Program-made: the position numbers and the translations under genes | DNA from: Wolinella sp. | GTDB taxonomy: Bacteria; Campylobacterota; Campylobacteria; Campylobacterales; Helicobacteraceae | Assembly: GCA_052170135.1 (NCBI GenBank) | Contig: JBQNBC010000002.1 | Location: 127,426 to 191,425 of the forward strand | Length of the DNA: 64,000 bases | Reading direction: 5' to 3' | Shown: positions 41,942 through 51,972 of the stretch, piece after piece | How the letters are laid out: every line of letters starts with the position of its first letter | How positions within the stretch are numbered: position 1 is the first letter of the stretch | Notes under the pieces: model-generated | What the model was told of the DNA's origin: nothing | Seen by the model: the letters and a program-made list of their open reading frames with translations, nothing else | Database searches by the model: none

Positions 41942-42960
41942 CTAATCTCTCTAATCATCTCTAAAGATCGCGAAGCTATGGTATTTAGTGAATGCACCTC
42001 TTCTGCCCCACCTAGCTCAATAGCGACACGTGGCATACCAAAGACAACGCAACTCGCCTCATCTTGGGCTATTGTGCGTGCACCATATTTACGCATATTC
42101 AATAACCCTCGCGCGCCATCTTGCCCCATGCCTGTTAGCAAGATTCCTACTGAGTTGCGCCCAGCTACTTGCGCAATGGAGTTAAACAATACATCAACGC
42201 TTGGACGATGTCCAGACACCTTTTCTCCTTTGCCAAGCTCGACAAAGTAGCGATTTCCGCTCTTTCTTAGTGCCATATGATATTCGCCATCTGCAATTAT
42301 CGCCTTTCCTTCTTCTAGACATTCTCCATTTTTTGCCTCGCATACCTTAATGGCGCAAACATCATTTAGCCTATCGGCAAATGCCTTTGTAAAGCTACCA
42401 GGCATATGTTGCACGATAACTATCCCAGGGCAGTTTGTCGGCATGGATTCTAAAATCATCTGAATAGCTTTTGTCCCGCCCGTTGATGCACCAATGGCTA
42501 TCACTTTTTTAGATGGCTCCATACCACTAGAGTCAAACGATAATCGATTAGCATGATTTTGAGCTTGCAATGAAGATTGCTTGATTTTTATTTTTGCTGC
42601 TTGTTTGACCTTCGAGGCCAGCTCGCTAGCCATCATCTCGCCCTTAGCGACAAAGTCAACCGCACCAGATGCTAAAGCCTCAAGTGTCGTTTGCGCACCC
42701 TTTTGCGTTAGCGAAGAGACCATAACAACAGGCATAGGTCGATATATCATCAATTTTTTTAAAAACGTTATCCCGTCCATTTTTGGCATCTCTACATCAA
42801 GGCAAAGGACATCTGGATTCAAAGAGAGAATCTTGTCGCGCGCGATATAAACATCAGGCGCAACACCAACTACCTCAATATCAGAATCCAACGACAATAC
42901 CTCGCGTATCATTGCTCTAGCAGTCGCAGAATCATCAATGACTAGCACCCTAATGCCCAA
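41938..42960 (-). CDS. cheB: Chemotaxis methylesterase with receiver domain
   Basis: GAGGAG RBS plus TTG 42960; VIDDS, LDVEMP, GASTGG, VQHMP, RPSVD, TGMGQDG. Confidence 0.95.
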   Translation of the reverse strand: MGIRVLVIDDSATARAMIREVLSLDSDIEVVGVAPDVYIARDKILSLNPDVLCLDVEMPKMDGITFLKKLMIYRPMPVVMVSSLTQKGAQTTLEALASGAVDFVAKGEMMASELASKVKQAAKIKIKQSSLQAQNHANRLSFDSSGMEPSKKVIAIGASTGGTKAIQMILESMPTNCPGIVIVQHMPGSFTKAFADRLNDVCAIKVCEAKNGECLEEGKAIIADGEYHMALRKSGNRYFVELGKGEKVSGHRPSVDVLFNSIAQVAGRNSVGILLTGMGQDGARGLLNMRKYGARTIAQDEASCVVFGMPRVAIELGGAEEVHSLNTIASRSLEMIREIR

Positions 42961-43426
42961 GCGTCTGCTCCTCTTTTTTTGTGTAGCGTAGCATGACTTT
43001 ACCGCTACCACTTTCTAGCAGGATTCTTCTTCCGCTATTACCACCAGTATCCTCAGCTACGATAGGGATTCTTGCACTCTTTAAAATCTCCTGTGCAATC
43101 AGGACGTTTTTCCTGCCTATCAACATGGCTTCGTGCGCAGTAATATTGATATTTGCCCCACCAAAAATCTTTGCCTCAATATTTCTTAGACTGCACCCAG
43201 CATCCTCCATTCCATATATAAGTCTAGGAATCGAGATGTTTCCGTACTTTGGACTCTCTAGTCCATTACCATTCCAAAGTGGCAAAAGATAGTGATTCAT
43301 GCCTGCGATTCCTGTGATTTTATCAATCAGACAAACAGCTACACACGAGCCAAGAATCGTAACAATTTCAGTGGGGTCTTTGGCGATATATATTTCGCCA
43401 ACATTGACGAATTTCCTCACTGACAT
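42950..43426 (-). CDS. cheD: Chemoreceptor glutamine deamidase
   Basis: TILGSCVAVC, GMNHYLLP, AKIFGGA, IG.KN, EDTGG..GR; ATG 43426. Confidence 0.93.
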   Translation of the reverse strand: MSVRKFVNVGEIYIAKDPTEIVTILGSCVAVCLIDKITGIAGMNHYLLPLWNGNGLESPKYGNISIPRLIYGMEDAGCSLRNIEAKIFGGANINITAHEAMLIGRKNVLIAQEILKSARIPIVAEDTGGNSGRRILLESGSGKVMLRYTKKEEQTLGH

Positions 43427-43427
43427 A

Positions 43428-44327
43428 TCAAAGCTCCACTCCTCCATCAAAGTCATCAAAGAGAGTCATACCAGTATCATCCATATCTCCCAGAGATACC
43501 ATTTCATCATTCTCCCTAGGTATTGCAACCTTAAATGAAGTGTCACCAGAGCGAGTGTCAAAAGTGATACAACCGCCAAGTGCTTCACACATGCCAAGTG
43601 CGACACTAAGCCCAAGTCCAAGCCCACTGTGAGCGCGAGTTTTGCCAGAGCTATACTTATGAAATCTATCAAAAATACCAGCTTGATGTAGTGGATCGAT
43701 TCCTTCGCCCTGATCCCGAACATCCATAATAAAGTCGCCTCCCTCTTCATACAAGCAGAGCTTAACCTCAGTATCTGGGTAGGAGTATTCGCATGCATTT
43801 GATAGGAGATTTGAGAGGATTAGCAGTAGCTTTTGATAGTCGCTAACTATCTGATTCTCAAGGCGATTCTCGATTTTTAGTGTCAAGTTTTTATCTTTAA
43901 TCACATATATTAAACTTTTTTGTGCCTCATCAAAAAGCAAATCAAAGTCGATTGTCGTATAAAAACTAGCTATTTCACCAGCCTCAATCTCTGTCGCAGC
44001 AAAGATGTTTCTAAAGTGAAAATCAAGCTTTAAAAGCTCGCTATGAATCATGCAAGTCATCTGCTCAAAGCCAGGACTTTCACGCTTTTGATATAGCATA
44101 CCAGACAGATTTAGAAGCGTAGAGAGTGGATTATTGAACTCATTTTTAATAATCGAGAGAAATTCGCCCTTAATTGCCTCCGCTTGCTTTGTTTTCTCAT
44201 TGAGAACAAGTAGATTCTTTGTCATCTGTTCCATCTCTAAGATGGATGCATTTTTCTCCTCAAAGCGACGCGAGATCTCCTCCAGAATATCGCTATCGTG
44301 AAGCTTTGAAAGGTCTGAAATCATCAT
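43428..44327 (-). CDS. Cytoplasmic histidine-kinase-like protein lacking the phospho-acceptor His
   Basis: H-box reads FLSIIKNEFNNPL; HATPase boxes NLLSNA, DQGEGI, IFDRF, GLGLGL are intact. Confidence 0.88.
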   Translation of the reverse strand: MMISDLSKLHDSDILEEISRRFEEKNASILEMEQMTKNLLVLNEKTKQAEAIKGEFLSIIKNEFNNPLSTLLNLSGMLYQKRESPGFEQMTCMIHSELLKLDFHFRNIFAATEIEAGEIASFYTTIDFDLLFDEAQKSLIYVIKDKNLTLKIENRLENQIVSDYQKLLLILSNLLSNACEYSYPDTEVKLCLYEEGGDFIMDVRDQGEGIDPLHQAGIFDRFHKYSSGKTRAHSGLGLGLSVALGMCEALGGCITFDTRSGDTSFKVAIPRENDEMVSLGDMDDTGMTLFDDFDGGVEL

Positions 44328-44335
44328 AATCTCCT

Positions 44336-45157
44336 CTAGATTCTTTTATATATTGATTGCTGAAGGAGCTCGAACTCCTCTTTATTTTTTGTGAGTGCTT
44401 CTGAGTATCCCACGAGCAATAAATCACCACTTCTCAGAAGCCTTGCAAATCTCGATACCAATGCCTGTTGCGACTTTGAATCAAAGTAAATCATTACATT
44501 ACGACAAAAAATCATATCAAAGGACTTATTAAAGAGTGAAAAATCGCCATGTATTAAGTTAAACAATCTGAATGTAACTATACTTTTTATAGATTCTGAA
44601 ATGCAATAGAATACATTACCATTCTTGTCTCTCTTTTTTAAAAAATACTTTGCGACTATATATCTTGGCATGTCTGCCACGACCTTTTTAGTATAAATTC
44701 CCTTTATCGCCTTTTGAAGAATCTCTACAGAAATATCAGTCGCAAGAATCTTAATATCCCACTCATGGAAATCTGGCAAAACTTCTGCCAAAAATATCGC
44801 GATACTATATGGTTCTTCACCACTAGAACAAGCACTAGACCAGATTCTTAACCGTTTAGCACTCTTCTTTTTACGTATCTCGTCAATATGCTTTTTTAAA
44901 TACTCCCACTGCGCACGCTCGCGAAAAAATGACGTAACATTCGTACTTATCGCATCAATTAACTGCCATGCTTCAGATTCGTTATGGACTAGGTATTCGT
45001 AATAATCCATAAAAGTAGGAATCCCAAGCTCCCTCAATCGCTTCGCAAGTCGCCCTTGCACTAAGCTTATCTTTCTATCACTAAGCGCAATCCCCACAGT
45101 GTCATAGATGTATGCGCGAAATAGCTCAAACTCACGCGTAGAGATGGTCAGATCCAT
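44336..45157 (-). CDS. cheR: Chemotaxis methyltransferase
   Basis: TNVTSFFRE, RIWSSACSSGEEPYS, ATDIS, IFCRNVMIYF. Confidence 0.95.
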   Translation of the reverse strand: MDLTISTREFELFRAYIYDTVGIALSDRKISLVQGRLAKRLRELGIPTFMDYYEYLVHNESEAWQLIDAISTNVTSFFRERAQWEYLKKHIDEIRKKKSAKRLRIWSSACSSGEEPYSIAIFLAEVLPDFHEWDIKILATDISVEILQKAIKGIYTKKVVADMPRYIVAKYFLKKRDKNGNVFYCISESIKSIVTFRLFNLIHGDFSLFNKSFDMIFCRNVMIYFDSKSQQALVSRFARLLRSGDLLLVGYSEALTKNKEEFELLQQSIYKRI

Positions 45158-45160
45158 ACT

Positions 45161-47338
45161 TTAATTCAACTCATCTATATTCAAAATCAACGCAATTTCA
45201 CCATTGCCTAGCACAGCACCACCTGAGATTTCACGCAAATGGGCAAACGTCTTTCCAAGTGTCTTAATCACAACCTGACGTCGCCCAAGTAACTCATCAA
45301 TAAGAATCGCAAATCGCCCGCGCTCACTCTCCACGCACATTAGAATACTCTCAGATGCCTTTGGCGTACTACTGCCAATCTCAAGAACATGATTTAACCG
45401 CACAATAGGCAGTAGCTCTTCGCGCAGATTGACAAACTCCCCATCACCCTGCACTGTATGGACAATATCCTCGCTAGGGCGAAACGATTCTATTATCGAA
45501 AGCGTCGGAATAATAAACGTTTCACCATCACTTTTTACAAGCATTCCATCGATAATAGCAAGCGTGAGCGGCAAAAACATGGCAAAGCTACTCCCTTGTC
45601 CATTGATAGATTCAATCTCCACTCGCCCACGCATAGCCTCTATCGAGCTACGCACCACATCAAGCCCAACGCCACGCCCAGAAACATCGCTCACCTTCTC
45701 CGCCGTGGAGAATCCAGCCTGCAAAATAAGCGAATAGACCTGAGAATCACTAAGCTCATCGCTTGGCGTGATTAGTCCACGCTCCAGTGCTTTTTGATAG
45801 ACGCGCTCTCGTGAGATTCCCCTGCCATCATCGGTGATTTCAATAACAATGTTCCCACCACGATGATACGCTTTTAGCTCCACAGTCCCAATTTCTGGCT
45901 TACCAAGTGCCAATCTCTGCTCGCTACTATCTTCGATTCCGTGGTCAATTGCATTCCTGATGATATGTATTAGTGGGTCAGAGAGCGCATCTACCATATT
46001 TTTATCAATCTCAGTTTCCTCGCCAACAAACTGAAGTTTTATCTCCTTTCCGACCTTCTTTGACGCATCTCGTGCGACACGACGCATGCGTTCAAAAGTA
46101 TCCTTAATAGGCACCATTCTTAGCGACATTACGCGGTTTTGGATTAGACGCGTAATTTTTGAAAGCGTCTCGATATTTTTGCCTAGATTATTGCCTTTCA
46201 GGAGCTTTATCTCCTCGTTTTCTGCAAGAAAATTCTGCGCGATGACAAGCTCGCCAATAGAATCAAAAAGCTCATCAAGCTTTGCTGTGTCAATTTTGAC
46301 AAAGGAGCGTTTTGTCTCCTTTTGAATGGTAGATATTTCAGACTTTTGTGTCTTAAGCATCTTTGTTACAGCACTACTAGCCCCACAAGAAGAATCGAGC
46401 TCCTCATCAGTAGCATTCACAGATTTTAGACTATTGCTAAAGCCATGATTAGCGTCTAGATTCTCGCTCTGTATACTAGAATCGGCCTCTTTATCACCAG
46501 TATTTTTCTCCAGATTATCATTTGCAGATTCTTGCTTTAGGATTTCAAGGCGATACTCATGCTCCTCTAAAAATGAGAAAATATCGGCGATTTCGCTCAT
46601 CTCAGCATGACTTTTTAGATATATCGTAATCTCTCGTATATAGGAGCTATCCGCCTCCATAAAGGATAGCTTTGGGACGTTACTCATATCCCAGTGCGAG
46701 TAGATTATCTCACCTTCATTTGCCAAAAGTCGCAAAAACAGCGCATGATCCTGCCCGCGTAGATATAGATCTTCATCCGTACAAAGTGTGATTTTATAAA
46801 ACTTTGACGAAGAATCTAACATCTCTAAGATTTTCTTCTCTATCTCATCTAGCTCGGCATTCATACTAAAACCACTCAAATCACCAAACTCAGACGCCAA
46901 GTCACGCATCGGCTCTTCCGTAGTAGGCTTCACACTAAAAGAAGAATCGACCGCACCGCCAGATAGGAGCTGCTTAAAAGAGTTGATGCACGCATCATAT
47001 TTCTCTGGCAAACCCTCTTGTTCCTTCATCTCATAGTCAAAAATCTCTTTAATCACATCAACAGACTGCAAGAAAATATCAATTACATGACTCTTTGGTG
47101 GCTCGCTACTTGTGCGGTAGTAATCTAGGACATCCTCTAATCCATGGACAAAAACACCAAGCCTCATAAAACCAAACGAGTTCGCGCTACCTTTTAGCGT
47201 GTGTACACCACGAAAAAATTCATTAAGCAGATTCTTATCCCCAGGACGCTCCTCAAGGTTGATAATCTCCACGTCGAGCTTCTCGATAATCTCGCTCGCC
47301 TCTTCGATAAAAATCTCCTTTAATCTCGCCTTGTCCAC
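45161..47338 (-). CDS. cheA: Chemotaxis histidine kinase (no C-terminal receiver domain)
   Basis: HPt FRGVHTLKGS, dimerisation LDELFDSIGELVI, HIIRNAIDHG, GRGVGLDVV, C-terminal CheW-like P5. Confidence 0.96.
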   Translation of the reverse strand: MDKARLKEIFIEEASEIIEKLDVEIINLEERPGDKNLLNEFFRGVHTLKGSANSFGFMRLGVFVHGLEDVLDYYRTSSEPPKSHVIDIFLQSVDVIKEIFDYEMKEQEGLPEKYDACINSFKQLLSGGAVDSSFSVKPTTEEPMRDLASEFGDLSGFSMNAELDEIEKKILEMLDSSSKFYKITLCTDEDLYLRGQDHALFLRLLANEGEIIYSHWDMSNVPKLSFMEADSSYIREITIYLKSHAEMSEIADIFSFLEEHEYRLEILKQESANDNLEKNTGDKEADSSIQSENLDANHGFSNSLKSVNATDEELDSSCGASSAVTKMLKTQKSEISTIQKETKRSFVKIDTAKLDELFDSIGELVIAQNFLAENEEIKLLKGNNLGKNIETLSKITRLIQNRVMSLRMVPIKDTFERMRRVARDASKKVGKEIKLQFVGEETEIDKNMVDALSDPLIHIIRNAIDHGIEDSSEQRLALGKPEIGTVELKAYHRGGNIVIEITDDGRGISRERVYQKALERGLITPSDELSDSQVYSLILQAGFSTAEKVSDVSGRGVGLDVVRSSIEAMRGRVEIESINGQGSSFAMFLPLTLAIIDGMLVKSDGETFIIPTLSIIESFRPSEDIVHTVQGDGEFVNLREELLPIVRLNHVLEIGSSTPKASESILMCVESERGRFAILIDELLGRRQVVIKTLGKTFAHLREISGGAVLGNGEIALILNIDELN

Positions 47339-47599
47339 TTAAACCCTCCAGCCAATTCTTCCAAAACTTCCAAGCGTAATCTCGCGCTCAAGAATAGGAA
47401 TCTCAATCTCTGGGCGACTTTTTTTAACACTAAAAAGCAACTGCAGTAGTGCAGAGCTCGCAAGCTCACTATCATCCTCAAACTCAATGGATGAGATATA
47501 TTCAAGTCGCCCTTCCAAAAAATCCTTCAACCTCTTAACCTCATCAAGAGGCATACTCAACGAGAGCATCAGCCTATCGCCATCAATTTGAAACACCAT
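47339..47599 (-). CDS. Small STAS-like hypothetical protein at the head of the che operon
   Basis: AGGAGG RBS; SSALLQLL motif resembling STAS DTAGLQLL; abuts cheA. Confidence 0.7.
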   Translation of the reverse strand: MVFQIDGDRLMLSLSMPLDEVKRLKDFLEGRLEYISSIEFEDDSELASSALLQLLFSVKKSRPEIEIPILEREITLGSFGRIGWRV

Positions 47600-47867
47600 G
47601 CCTCCTATATGTTTTGCATGATTTTACACTGAAATGAGCTGATGTGCTATCCATAGAGGATTTTACGCAACAAGCAAACCACAAGAATCGCCTTAGTTTT
47701 TATACGCTTAGTCAAAATAGCGTAGATGCTAGGCTTGTTTTTACATAAATTTAAATGGCGTGTTTCTCGAAATTACGTAAAGAATCCAAAATAAAAATAA
47801 AAATACAATGCGACAGATTCTTTACCATTTATCAAATTATCAAAACATACCACAAGAAGGAATCCAA

Positions 47868-48416
47868 ATGCTAGCCAAAACTCACATTGCATTCTCCCTC
47901 GCGCTCTCCTGTGCCCCACTTTATGTGGCATCGATTTTAGGGAGTGAGATATTTCGTGATATTGACCCAGTTATATATCTAGGTGGAGTGACTTTTGGTG
48001 CGCTACTACCAGATATAGATGAGCCTGAAAGCACGATAGGTAGGCGTTTTGATACACTTTCACAAATCATACACAAGCTTTTTGGACATCGAGGTGCAAC
48101 ACACTCATTTCTTTTTCCATTTATCGTGGCATCTGCTGGATTTCTATTTGCCATTGCGCAAGGAATCGCACTAGAGGCGGTCGTGGGACTGTGGCTAGGC
48201 GTATGGCTACACTTTGCTGGAGATATGCTGACAAAGAGCGGAATCCCACTCTTCTTGCCGTTTAGTCAAAGAAATGTTGCGCTTTTGCCAATGGCACTTA
48301 GATTCCGCACTGGTGGGGGCGTGGATTTAGCACTTGGTGCCATAAATCTATCACTTTTTGGATATTTTTCAATTGCACTATGGGGTGAAAAAATCGCAAT
48401 CAAGGGATTTTTGTAG
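47868..48416 (+). CDS. YdjM-like membrane metal-dependent hydrolase
   Basis: M..KTH, GALLPDID, GHRGATHS, HFAGDMLT..G; AAGGA RBS before ATG 47868. Confidence 0.88.
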   Translation: MLAKTHIAFSLALSCAPLYVASILGSEIFRDIDPVIYLGGVTFGALLPDIDEPESTIGRRFDTLSQIIHKLFGHRGATHSFLFPFIVASAGFLFAIAQGIALEAVVGLWLGVWLHFAGDMLTKSGIPLFLPFSQRNVALLPMALRFRTGGGVDLALGAINLSLFGYFSIALWGEKIAIKGFL

Positions 48417-48771
48417 GTAAGAATAACTGTAATGCAAATCAACAAAATTAGATGCTTGTCTATTTTAAACGATGATGCCATCATCAATAAGAATTACCTA
48501 CTCGCAAAATAATCAAGCACGATAAACAACATAAGCAACAAAAATAAAAGAGATTAATAAGAATCGGTGCGCTAGAAGAATCAAAAGAGAAGAGAGTGGC
48601 AAAAGCGACTGCACAAGTAGACATAAACCAAGCAAAATCACCCCCAGTGATATGAGCTTAAAAAATCACTACGTGCATTGCTTTTAGCAGATAGGTCATA
48701 TCCGCAAACTTTACGCTCCATTTTATAAAGCACAAACTATAATCACACCAATCAACAAAAAGGAATCTAGA

Positions 48772-49536
48772 ATGCTACAACGTCTCAAAAACACAGACCC
48801 AGCGAGGCTTTACACCGCTGCGGTTCTTATCGTCATCTTGCTTCTTGTTGTTATCTTTAATAGCTACTTCGTTACATGGTCATTTTTAGGGATATGCTAC
48901 ATAATTGCATTTCATGAAGCAAGCATCCTATATAACAGTCAAAGTCGCGCAAACTACATCGTAGCTATAGGAATCTGGCTAGTATCCGCACTCTATCCAG
49001 CGCCACTTGAAGTACTATTTTTTGCACTTGTAGTGCTAGGCTCATTCCAGGCATTCACAAAGCGTGGAACACACAAGGAGCTAATGCCGCTAATCTACCC
49101 AACAGTACCGTTTTTGTTTATTCTTGCACTCTACAAGGACTATGGCATAAGTGCGATTATTTGGCTAATTTTCATCATAGCACTAACTGATACAGCGGCA
49201 TTTTTTGGCGGAAAGATGTTTGGTAGTCGCAAATTTTGTGAGACATCGCCAAACAAAACTCAAGAAGGTGTATTTATCGGAGTAGCGGCTGCGACACTGC
49301 TTGGCACACTAGCCGGGCTTGCAACAGTGAGCTTTGAGAAAGCCTTTGTAATCACTGTCTTAACAAGCCTTGCCTCTGTTTTTGGAGATTTGTATGAGAG
49401 CTACCTAAAGCGCGAAGCGGGTGTTAAAGATAGTGGACGGATTCTCCCTGGGCATGGCGGAATACTCGATAGAGCTGATGGGTTTATGTTTGGTGGGATT
49501 GTTATGCTGGTCTGTCTAAGAGGAATCTCCGGGTGA
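48772..49536 (+). CDS. cdsA: Phosphatidate cytidylyltransferase
   Basis: SPNKT.EG, GDLYESYLKR.AGVKDSG..LPGHGGILDRAD. Confidence 0.96.
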   Translation: MLQRLKNTDPARLYTAAVLIVILLLVVIFNSYFVTWSFLGICYIIAFHEASILYNSQSRANYIVAIGIWLVSALYPAPLEVLFFALVVLGSFQAFTKRGTHKELMPLIYPTVPFLFILALYKDYGISAIIWLIFIIALTDTAAFFGGKMFGSRKFCETSPNKTQEGVFIGVAAATLLGTLAGLATVSFEKAFVITVLTSLASVFGDLYESYLKREAGVKDSGRILPGHGGILDRADGFMFGGIVMLVCLRGISG

Positions 49537-50609
49537 TTCTACTTGGCTCAACTGGCTCGATTGGGCGTGCAGCACTTGAGATAGCGAGAGAAAATAGTCT
49601 TAGTGTCGAGGTGCTTGTCGCTGGCGGGAATCTAGAGTTGCTAAATCGCCAAATAGCGGAGTTCGCACCAAAAATAATCGTCGTGGCCGACAAGAATCGT
49701 GCTCATGAGGTCGTACTACCATGCGATTCTCGCTTGCTTTTTGGTGATGAAGGAATAATAGAAGCTATAAATCTCGCAAATTCAAAGCTAGTCTTAAACG
49801 CACTCGTTGGATTCCGTGGGCTAAGCCCTAGCATAGAGAGCCTACGCCTTGGCAAAAAGCTAGCACTAGCAAACAAAGAATCGCTTGTAGCTGGAGGGGC
49901 ATTCATCGATTCTTCGTGTATTATCCCGGTGGATAGCGAGCATTTTAGCTTGTGGTTTTTGCGTGGAGAGCGAGAGTTTAGCTCACTTGTAATTACAGCT
50001 AGCGGAGGGGCATTCCGCGATATACCACTACACGAAATACCAACACAAAGCGTCGAGGCGGCCCTACGCCATCCAAACTGGAGCATGGGGAGAAAAATCA
50101 CTGTCGATTCTGCAAGCATGGCAAATAAGCTACTAGAGGTCATCGAGGCGCATTGGTTATTCAAAACTACAAAAATAGATGCGCTGATAGAGAGAAACTC
50201 TCTAATCCATGCGCTAATTGGCTTTATGGACGGGAGCTTTAGCGCGCATATCGCACGTGCAAATATGCGCCTACCCCTTGCCTATGCACTACTAGAGCGA
50301 GTCGACACTCCACCAAGCAAGCCATTAGAGCTAGCTGAACTGCCACCACTAAGCTTTGAGAGAATCGATCCATCACGCTATCCATTATGGAATCTAAAGC
50401 AGACTCTACTTGCCTCACCTAGCCTTGGCGTAATCTTTAATGCTGCAAACGAAGTGGCTGTAGAACGATTCTTGGCTGGCGATATTAGTTTTGGCACGAT
50501 AGCAAAGCACGTGGAATATGCGCTTAAGAGATTTTCAATCCAACCAAAAAATATCGATGAAGTATTTACGCTCAATAGCGAAGTGCGAGAGTTCACAAAG
50601 TTACTTTAA
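49533..50609 (+). CDS. dxr: 1-deoxy-D-xylulose-5-phosphate reductoisomerase
   Basis: LGSTGSIG, LANKESLV, PVDSEH, TASGG, HPNWSMG.KIT.DSA, NAANEVAV. Confidence 0.96.
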   Translation: MILLGSTGSIGRAALEIARENSLSVEVLVAGGNLELLNRQIAEFAPKIIVVADKNRAHEVVLPCDSRLLFGDEGIIEAINLANSKLVLNALVGFRGLSPSIESLRLGKKLALANKESLVAGGAFIDSSCIIPVDSEHFSLWFLRGEREFSSLVITASGGAFRDIPLHEIPTQSVEAALRHPNWSMGRKITVDSASMANKLLEVIEAHWLFKTTKIDALIERNSLIHALIGFMDGSFSAHIARANMRLPLAYALLERVDTPPSKPLELAELPPLSFERIDPSRYPLWNLKQTLLASPSLGVIFNAANEVAVERFLAGDISFGTIAKHVEYALKRFSIQPKNIDEVFTLNSEVREFTKLL

Positions 50610-50811
50610 TGTGCAAAATTGCACTGAAAAACCAGCGAAAATGATTAGAAATTAAAGGATAAAGCGTTTAGCGAAGATTTTCGCTTTATCGTCACTGTAT
50701 TAAAGGCCAAATACGGCTCTCACTATTAAAGCCTCAACTATGAATATAGCCACACCGCAAAAACACAAAACTACACGCTCCAAAAAAAAAGAAACAAGCC
50801 AAAGCCATGCA

Positions 50812-51123
50812 CTATACCAGCGACTTTTTCTTTATGCTCTCATACTCCTGACGTAGTCGCTCATCCTTTTCGGCTCCGCCCTCTTTTAGCTTGCGCTTCT
50901 CCTCTAGTCTTGCCTCCTCTAGCTCACGCTTGCGCTCTCTAGCGCGTCGCAGCTTCTCCATGTACTCCTCGCGAGCCTTTGGACTTTGAAACTTAATAGG
51001 CGTAAAAAAGAGAATCACTATAAGCGATATAAAGAAAAATAGCGCAACCTCCATACTACCGCCTAGATAGTGCCAGAGCATGGCCACGAGCAGAGAAAAG
51101 AAAAACTTCAAAAAATGCAACAT
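50812..51123 (-). CDS. Small membrane hypothetical protein with charged tail
   Basis: Two TM helices plus E/K/R coiled coil; last gene of the kef-pepF cluster. Confidence 0.75.
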   Translation of the reverse strand: MLHFLKFFFSLLVAMLWHYLGGSMEVALFFFISLIVILFFTPIKFQSPKAREEYMEKLRRARERKRELEEARLEEKRKLKEGGAEKDERLRQEYESIKKKSLV

Positions 51124-51135
51124 ACTCTCGCCTGA

Positions 51136-51972
51136 TTATATTAGCTCGATCTTTAGCTTGTGAGAATCTAGCCCAAGCCTATCACGCCTACGCTCACCAA
51201 GCGCTAACAACATCACCTGTGTGGCAAAAAGTAGAGGTACGCCTCTATCGTCGCGTCCAGCAATCTTTCTGAGCTCTCTAAAATGAGAATCGAGCATTTT
51301 AAACTGAGATAGCGACCCAACAAGCATAAAATCTACACCACTATCAAGTGCCTCAAAATAGACTCTCGCGCTCTCTCTAAGCGTAGATTCCTTGGCAAAG
51401 AGATAGTTTTGCGCATAGCATTCATGGGAGTATCCTCCACTTCTAATCTTTAGTGATACAGCATGACCAAACCTATCAATCCACTTGTTTTTAGGCAATT
51501 CATGCGCTCTAGACGATCCAAGATATGCTGCACAAAACTTAGAAAAATAGCTAACGATACCCTGCTTTTCAAAAAGAGGTAAAAACACCTCTGGTAGATA
51601 CTGCGGCTCTTTTAAAACGAGCTTGATTCCCCTAGCTTCTAGCTTCGAGGCTATCTTATGACGCATAGCCTCATCACATTCTAAGAATCTAAATGCAAAA
51701 AGCACATCACTATAAGAATCTTCGTCCAATGCAACGGGCAAAGCCTCCGCCTCTGCCGCAAGCGAGATTTCACACGCCCAAAACTCCAAAAATCCATCAG
51801 TATCGGCTATACGCGAAAAGTAGCTATATGCAAAAAGCGACATCTCGTCCTTGCTAGCCACATAAGCATCTCTGGCTAGCCACGTAACCCCAAGCCTCTC
51901 TGCTAACGTACGCGAGCTAGAGAGTAGCGATGATTCTTTTCTACCATTTACACCCAGTGGAAAAATCCTCAT
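51136..51972 (-). CDS. HdrB/CCG-like protein with degenerate Cys motifs
   Basis: C-terminus VPLLFATQVMLLALG...LGLDSHK resembles HdrB/SdhE; Cys motifs are absent. Confidence 0.65.
   Translation of the reverse strand: MRIFPLGVNGRKESSLLSSSRTLAERLGVTWLARDAYVASKDEMSLFAYSYFSRIADTDGFLEFWACEISLAAEAEALPVALDEDSYSDVLFAFRFLECDEAMRHKIASKLEARGIKLVLKEPQYLPEVFLPLFEKQGIVSYFSKFCAAYLGSSRAHELPKNKWIDRFGHAVSLKIRSGGYSHECYAQNYLFAKESTLRESARVYFEALDSGVDFMLVGSLSQFKMLDSHFRELRKIAGRDDRGVPLLFATQVMLLALGERRRDRLGLDSHKLKIELI

Noticed and set aside
48417..48771. Intergenic region before cdsA as possible sRNA or small ORF
   Set aside because: No convincing hairpin, terminator or RBS-led ORF.
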